56,803 nucleotides of DNA from NCBI GenBank assembly GCA_039805545.1, contig JBDLUA010000024.1, positions 1 to 56,803 on the forward strand. The letters are read 5' to 3'. Numbering within the stretch: the stretch's first letter is position 1; each line of letters starts with the position of its first letter. The notes beneath the pieces were generated by a model. The model was not told the origin of the DNA. It saw nothing but the letters and a program-made list of their open reading frames with translations, and did no database searches. The translations under genes were made by a program, and so were the position numbers. This document shows positions 53,324 to 56,803 of this stretch, piece after piece. Origin of the DNA: Candidatus Parcubacteria bacterium (lineage in GTDB: Bacteria; Patescibacteriota; Minisyncoccia; Phycocordibacterales; JAACPR01).

Positions 53324-55588
53324 ATGATTAGAAAAATAAAGTGGATATTGTTTTGTTTGTGTGTATTTACTATTACCTATAATTATGCATTTGCTGCTTC
53401 ATACATTGGAAGTATTACAGGTTCTGGTTCATATGGCTCACCAATAACTTCAATAGATTCTATTTTATATATACCATATAATTCAGGTATAGATGTAGTT
53501 GATACTGATACAAATACTGTTGTTGATACTATAAATACAGGAACTGACTACGGTAGTTCAGGGGAATCTACCCAAGTTGGAAACTTTCTTTATTTTTCAT
53601 CTCACTCTTCTAATTTGGATATAATTGATATAATAGATAACACTCTTGAAACTACAATCCCAGCTACTTCTGGATATTATCATATAAGTCCAACTCTTTT
53701 AATTGGAGATCATCTATATGTTCCAGGTAATAATGTTGATGTAATTGATGTAACAAACAATACTATAATAGACACCATTATTACTAATGAGAACCATTAT
53801 TCCTATTCAACCCTAAAAGATGGATACTTGTATATACCAAATGCTATTAATGGTATTAGTGTAATTGATACTGGAACAAATACTGTCGTTGATAATATTT
53901 ATACTCCATATGGATATGACGCTATTAACGTCAATATAGGTGATTATATATATTTTCCTAATGATACGAACGGTATTACAGTAGTTGATACAACAGATAA
54001 TACTGTAGTTACAAATATTTTGACAGGACATAGTCATTACTCCTCAAACACATTAATCGGAGATTATTTATATGTCCCAAGTATTGCGAATGGGGTTGAT
54101 GTAATCGACACAACAAATAATACCGTCATTGCAAACATTGCATCAGAGCATGGGTATTATTCTCATCCAACTAGTGTGGGAAATTATTTATTCTTACCAA
54201 ACATATCTAATGGTATTGATATAATAGACACAACCAACAATACACTTGTTACAACAATAAATACAGGAAGAACATACTATACAACCCGGGGAGCACTAAT
54301 TGGTGATACTCTTTATGTTCCAAATCAAAGTGGTGAAATTGATATGTTTGATGTTGCAATGCCGCCGACTGCACCTCTTGAATATCCTGATTTGGTAAGT
54401 GGAAGTGATACTGGTTCAAGTACGACTGATAATATTACAAATGATGCAAGTCCAAGTTTTGAATTTACGTGCGATACTAATAATACTGTAACTTTGTATG
54501 TTGATGGAATAGAAGAAGATAGCGCTGTTTGTTCTAGTGGAACAGCAACTATCACAGTAAATCTCTCTTCAGGGTCTTATGCTATAACATATACTGAAAC
54601 AAACCTTACAGGAGAATCTGGAGAATCCCCTGAATTGAATGTTGTAATCGACACTACAATAAATACCCCTACAGTATCTTCTCCTACAGTTGGTTCTTTA
54701 AATGCTAGTCCTGTAAATATAAGTGGAACATGTGAGTCGTCTTCAACTGTATCAATATACAATTCACTTATTACTCCTAATCCAACAAACACTTTATGTA
54801 ATTCTGGGACTTACAGTACTTCAGTAACTTTTGGAACTGTGTCATATGATCCGCAAACACTTTCTGTTATTGCAACAGATTTGGCAGGAAATATTTCTGC
54901 TACAACAACCGTTTCTATTTTGACCAGCGTCGCAGAAGTCTCAAGCTCTTCAAGGACTAGAACTACTGGATATGCAAGAAGTAATAAGAAAGAGGTATTA
55001 AAAGATAATTTAGAAAATAAAATTCCAGTAGTAGATGAAGGGTTGTGTACTCCATATCTTACAAAATCAATTGTATACGGACAATCAAATAACACAGAAG
55101 AAGTTAAGAAGCTTCAAGAATTTCTTAATAGTTATGAAGGTGAAAAATTACAGCTTACAGGTACGTATGACAAGGTAACACAAGATGCTGTTATTAAATT
55201 TCAAAAAAAATATGCAAAGCATATTTTGTATCCATGGAACATAACTGAACCTACTGGTAATGTATATCAAACAACTCGTGCAAAGATAAATGCGCTTGTA
55301 TGTGCAAAGAAGAATGGATGTCCATACTTTAGTGGATACTACAAATTTGGAGAATCAAATCCTGAAATTAAACGAATAAAAAGTTTCTTAAACCTACTTA
55401 ATGATTTTGCAAAATTAGATACAAATTCTTCAGCCTATGATCTTTCTACAAAAAAAGAAATCACTGATTTTCAAACAAGATATAAAGATACGGTGCTTAA
55501 ACCTTGGGGAATTACACAAGCAACATCATATTGGTACAAGACCACAAAATCTTCTGCAGAAGAGATATTGGGTTGTCCTGCTTTGTAA
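53324..55588 (+). CDS. secreted YVTN-type beta-propeller repeat protein with Ig-like domains and two C-terminal peptidoglycan-binding domains
   Basis: About 8 repeats of G.YLYVPN...GIDVIDT.TNTVV. DNITND.SPSF Ig-like segment. Two PG_binding_1-like segments (EEVKKLQEFLN...VIKFQKKY and EIKRIKSFLN...DFQTRY). Confidence 0.75.
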   Translation: MIRKIKWILFCLCVFTITYNYAFAASYIGSITGSGSYGSPITSIDSILYIPYNSGIDVVDTDTNTVVDTINTGTDYGSSGESTQVGNFLYFSSHSSNLDIIDIIDNTLETTIPATSGYYHISPTLLIGDHLYVPGNNVDVIDVTNNTIIDTIITNENHYSYSTLKDGYLYIPNAINGISVIDTGTNTVVDNIYTPYGYDAINVNIGDYIYFPNDTNGITVVDTTDNTVVTNILTGHSHYSSNTLIGDYLYVPSIANGVDVIDTTNNTVIANIASEHGYYSHPTSVGNYLFLPNISNGIDIIDTTNNTLVTTINTGRTYYTTRGALIGDTLYVPNQSGEIDMFDVAMPPTAPLEYPDLVSGSDTGSSTTDNITNDASPSFEFTCDTNNTVTLYVDGIEEDSAVCSSGTATITVNLSSGSYAITYTETNLTGESGESPELNVVIDTTINTPTVSSPTVGSLNASPVNISGTCESSSTVSIYNSLITPNPTNTLCNSGTYSTSVTFGTVSYDPQTLSVIATDLAGNISATTTVSILTSVAEVSSSSRTRTTGYARSNKKEVLKDNLENKIPVVDEGLCTPYLTKSIVYGQSNNTEEVKKLQEFLNSYEGEKLQLTGTYDKVTQDAVIKFQKKYAKHILYPWNITEPTGNVYQTTRAKINALVCAKKNGCPYFSGYYKFGESNPEIKRIKSFLNLLNDFAKLDTNSSAYDLSTKKEITDFQTRYKDTVLKPWGITQATSYWYKTTKSSAEEILGCPAL

Positions 55589-55595
55589 TAAAAAG

Positions 55596-55631
55596 AAAAC
55601 ACCCTGCCCAAGAAAACCGGCGGGGTGTTTT
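55596..55631. terminator. bidirectional terminator
   Basis: aaaacaccctgcc ... ggcggggtgtttt with an A-run and a T-run. Confidence 0.65.
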
Positions 55632-55648
55632 CATGGGTGGGGTGTTGG

Positions 55649-55822
55649 TCACTCCTCAAGAAGGCGAACCGCATTAATCATGCGTCCGTATTCAATGATG
55701 AGTTTTCCAATCGCATTTTCTTTGCTTGTTCCAGAACAACAGTAACGTTCTTTCTCTCCGGCGAAGTAAGCGAAGAATCCACGTTGGTCTTGTCCAGTGA
55801 CGATAGTGAGGTACTTTTCCAT
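55649..55822 (-). CDS. HicB-like / UPF0150-like small protein (57 aa), not in the ORF track
   Basis: Manual translation gives MEKYLTIVTGQDQRGFFAYFAGEKERYCCSGTSKENAIGKLIIEYGRMINAVRLLEE. This fits the HicB N-terminal pattern (Y..i.....dG.y.AyfPdlpGC...G.t.eEA). Followed by the terminator. Confidence 0.4.
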   Translation of the reverse strand: MEKYLTIVTGQDQRGFFAYFAGEKERYCCSGTSKENAIGKLIIEYGRMINAVRLLEE

Positions 55823-55865
55823 ATAAAAAAATTATATATTATATATTTAATATCGTCAAGTGCTG

Positions 55866-56803
55866 CGTATACCTTCAATAGCTTGTGAACACTTTGGATT
55901 AAAAGTGTAATATCAAGCATTATGTATACAAATAACCCACACATGCCAAGAATACGCAGAGATGCAGTACTGTTTGCAGATACATATGGACTGAGGTGTG
56001 CTGCCAGACACTTTGGATTCTCTCCAGGGGCAATAACTCTGTGGAGAAAGAAAGCAAAAAAGATGGGTCTTCATCCAATACCAACAGAATCTTCAAGACC
56101 CCACCATCATCCCAAAGAATTAAAAGAAGAAGTGGTGAGGAAAATTATTAAAATAAGACTAGATACAAAACGAACAAGTGAAGTAGTTCATCAACACCTC
56201 AAGGATGAGGGTATGAAAATATCTTTAAGTTCGGTTCATCGAACTCTTGATAGAAGGGGGCTATTAAAAAAGAGATCTCCATGGAAGAGATATCATCCAT
56301 CAGTTGATCGTCCATATCCTGTTAAACCAGGCTCTTTAGTCCAATTAGATACCATTCATCTCATGACAGGACCAAAGACTCGCATCTATGTGATGACTCT
56401 CATAGATGTGTATTCAAGAACAACATATGCAAAAGCATATAATAAATTAAACTCGAGAACGAGTGTTCAATTTCTCATTGAGGCACAAAAGCACTTTTCT
56501 TTTAAATTTGAAATGATACAAACTGATCACGGACCCGAGTTTGGAAGTTGGTTTGTATCTCAAATCAAAAAGAACCATAGATACACTCGTATTGGAAAAC
56601 CAAACGACAACGCACATATTGAAAGATTTAATAGAACACTGCAAGAAGAGTGTTTAGACACTCTTCTTCGAGATGTGAAAGTTATAAATTGCGCACTTAA
56701 AAAATATCTGAAATACTATAACGAAGTGAGATTGCATCTAGGAATTAATTTAAAAACGCCAATGCAATTAGCTCAGTGTTCACAAGCTATTGGATAGAAT
56801 ACG
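55866..56803 (+). mobile_element. IS481-like insertion sequence (may run past the window end)
   Basis: Perfect 18-bp inverted repeats: caatagcttgtgaacact (55876-55893) and agtgttcacaagctattg (56775-56792). Imperfect extension outward. A single DDE transposase ORF. Confidence 0.8.
55922..56797 (+). CDS. DDE (rve) transposase, IS481-like
   Basis: N-terminal HTH, then LVQLDTIH, IQTDHGPEF and NDNAHIERFNRTLQEE catalytic-core motifs. Confidence 0.85.
   Translation: MYTNNPHMPRIRRDAVLFADTYGLRCAARHFGFSPGAITLWRKKAKKMGLHPIPTESSRPHHHPKELKEEVVRKIIKIRLDTKRTSEVVHQHLKDEGMKISLSSVHRTLDRRGLLKKRSPWKRYHPSVDRPYPVKPGSLVQLDTIHLMTGPKTRIYVMTLIDVYSRTTYAKAYNKLNSRTSVQFLIEAQKHFSFKFEMIQTDHGPEFGSWFVSQIKKNHRYTRIGKPNDNAHIERFNRTLQEECLDTLLRDVKVINCALKKYLKYYNEVRLHLGINLKTPMQLAQCSQAIG

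Noticed and set aside
1-56803. Alternative genetic code (UGA recoding, as in some CPR lineages)
   Set aside because: All recognisable genes are full length and end at sensible positions under the standard bacterial code. No conserved domain is interrupted by an in-frame TGA.

Overview
AT-rich bacterial chromosomal window. G+C is low by eye and was not computed. Gene content resembles a small-genome CPR/Patescibacteria-type bacterium (inference): compact housekeeping genes, degenerate fusion enzymes, many membrane-anchored or secreted repeat proteins, and B12 salvage without biosynthesis.

Gene order:
- serS, an FtsQ-like gene, a membrane-anchored Clp-like ATPase, a DD-carboxypeptidase and dus.
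- A ~1.5 kb ORF-free, GC-rich block of promoter/terminator-delimited structured RNAs (7360-8870).
- dnaX and an L,D-transpeptidase fusion.
- A GC-rich PurO-like gene fragment, a decayed tRNA-Gln 5' copy carrying a 77-nt hairpin insert, and an intact tRNA-Gln(UUG).
- An ~18 kb accessory/defence island framed by direct repeats at 12041, 14174 and 29990. It carries an MTase-HExxH protein, an OLD-family nuclease split at an A7 tract and a large serine recombinase. Its type I R-M operon is interrupted by two unknown genes, a tRNA-Leu-like element and fic. It also holds a ParB-methyltransferase and an HNH + radical-SAM pair behind a structured leader.
- A GC-rich PurO-like gene, an RNA methyltransferase, a class IV aminotransferase, a SET-domain protein and surface proteins including a 2224-aa Asp-box giant.
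- A B12 module: nrdJ, a PduO-type adenosyltransferase, a cobalamin-riboswitch-like leader and two DUF4430/transcobalamin-like proteins.
- A YVTN/PG-binding protein, an orphan HicB-like ORF and an IS481-like IS with perfect 18-bp inverted repeats at the window end.

Best candidates for something new:
- the unassigned structured-RNA cluster;
- the leader + HNH + radical-SAM module;
- the extra genes and tRNA-like element inside the type I R-M locus;
- a small palindromic element family that sits in-frame inside a CDS.

No rRNA, CRISPR array or reverse transcriptase was seen.
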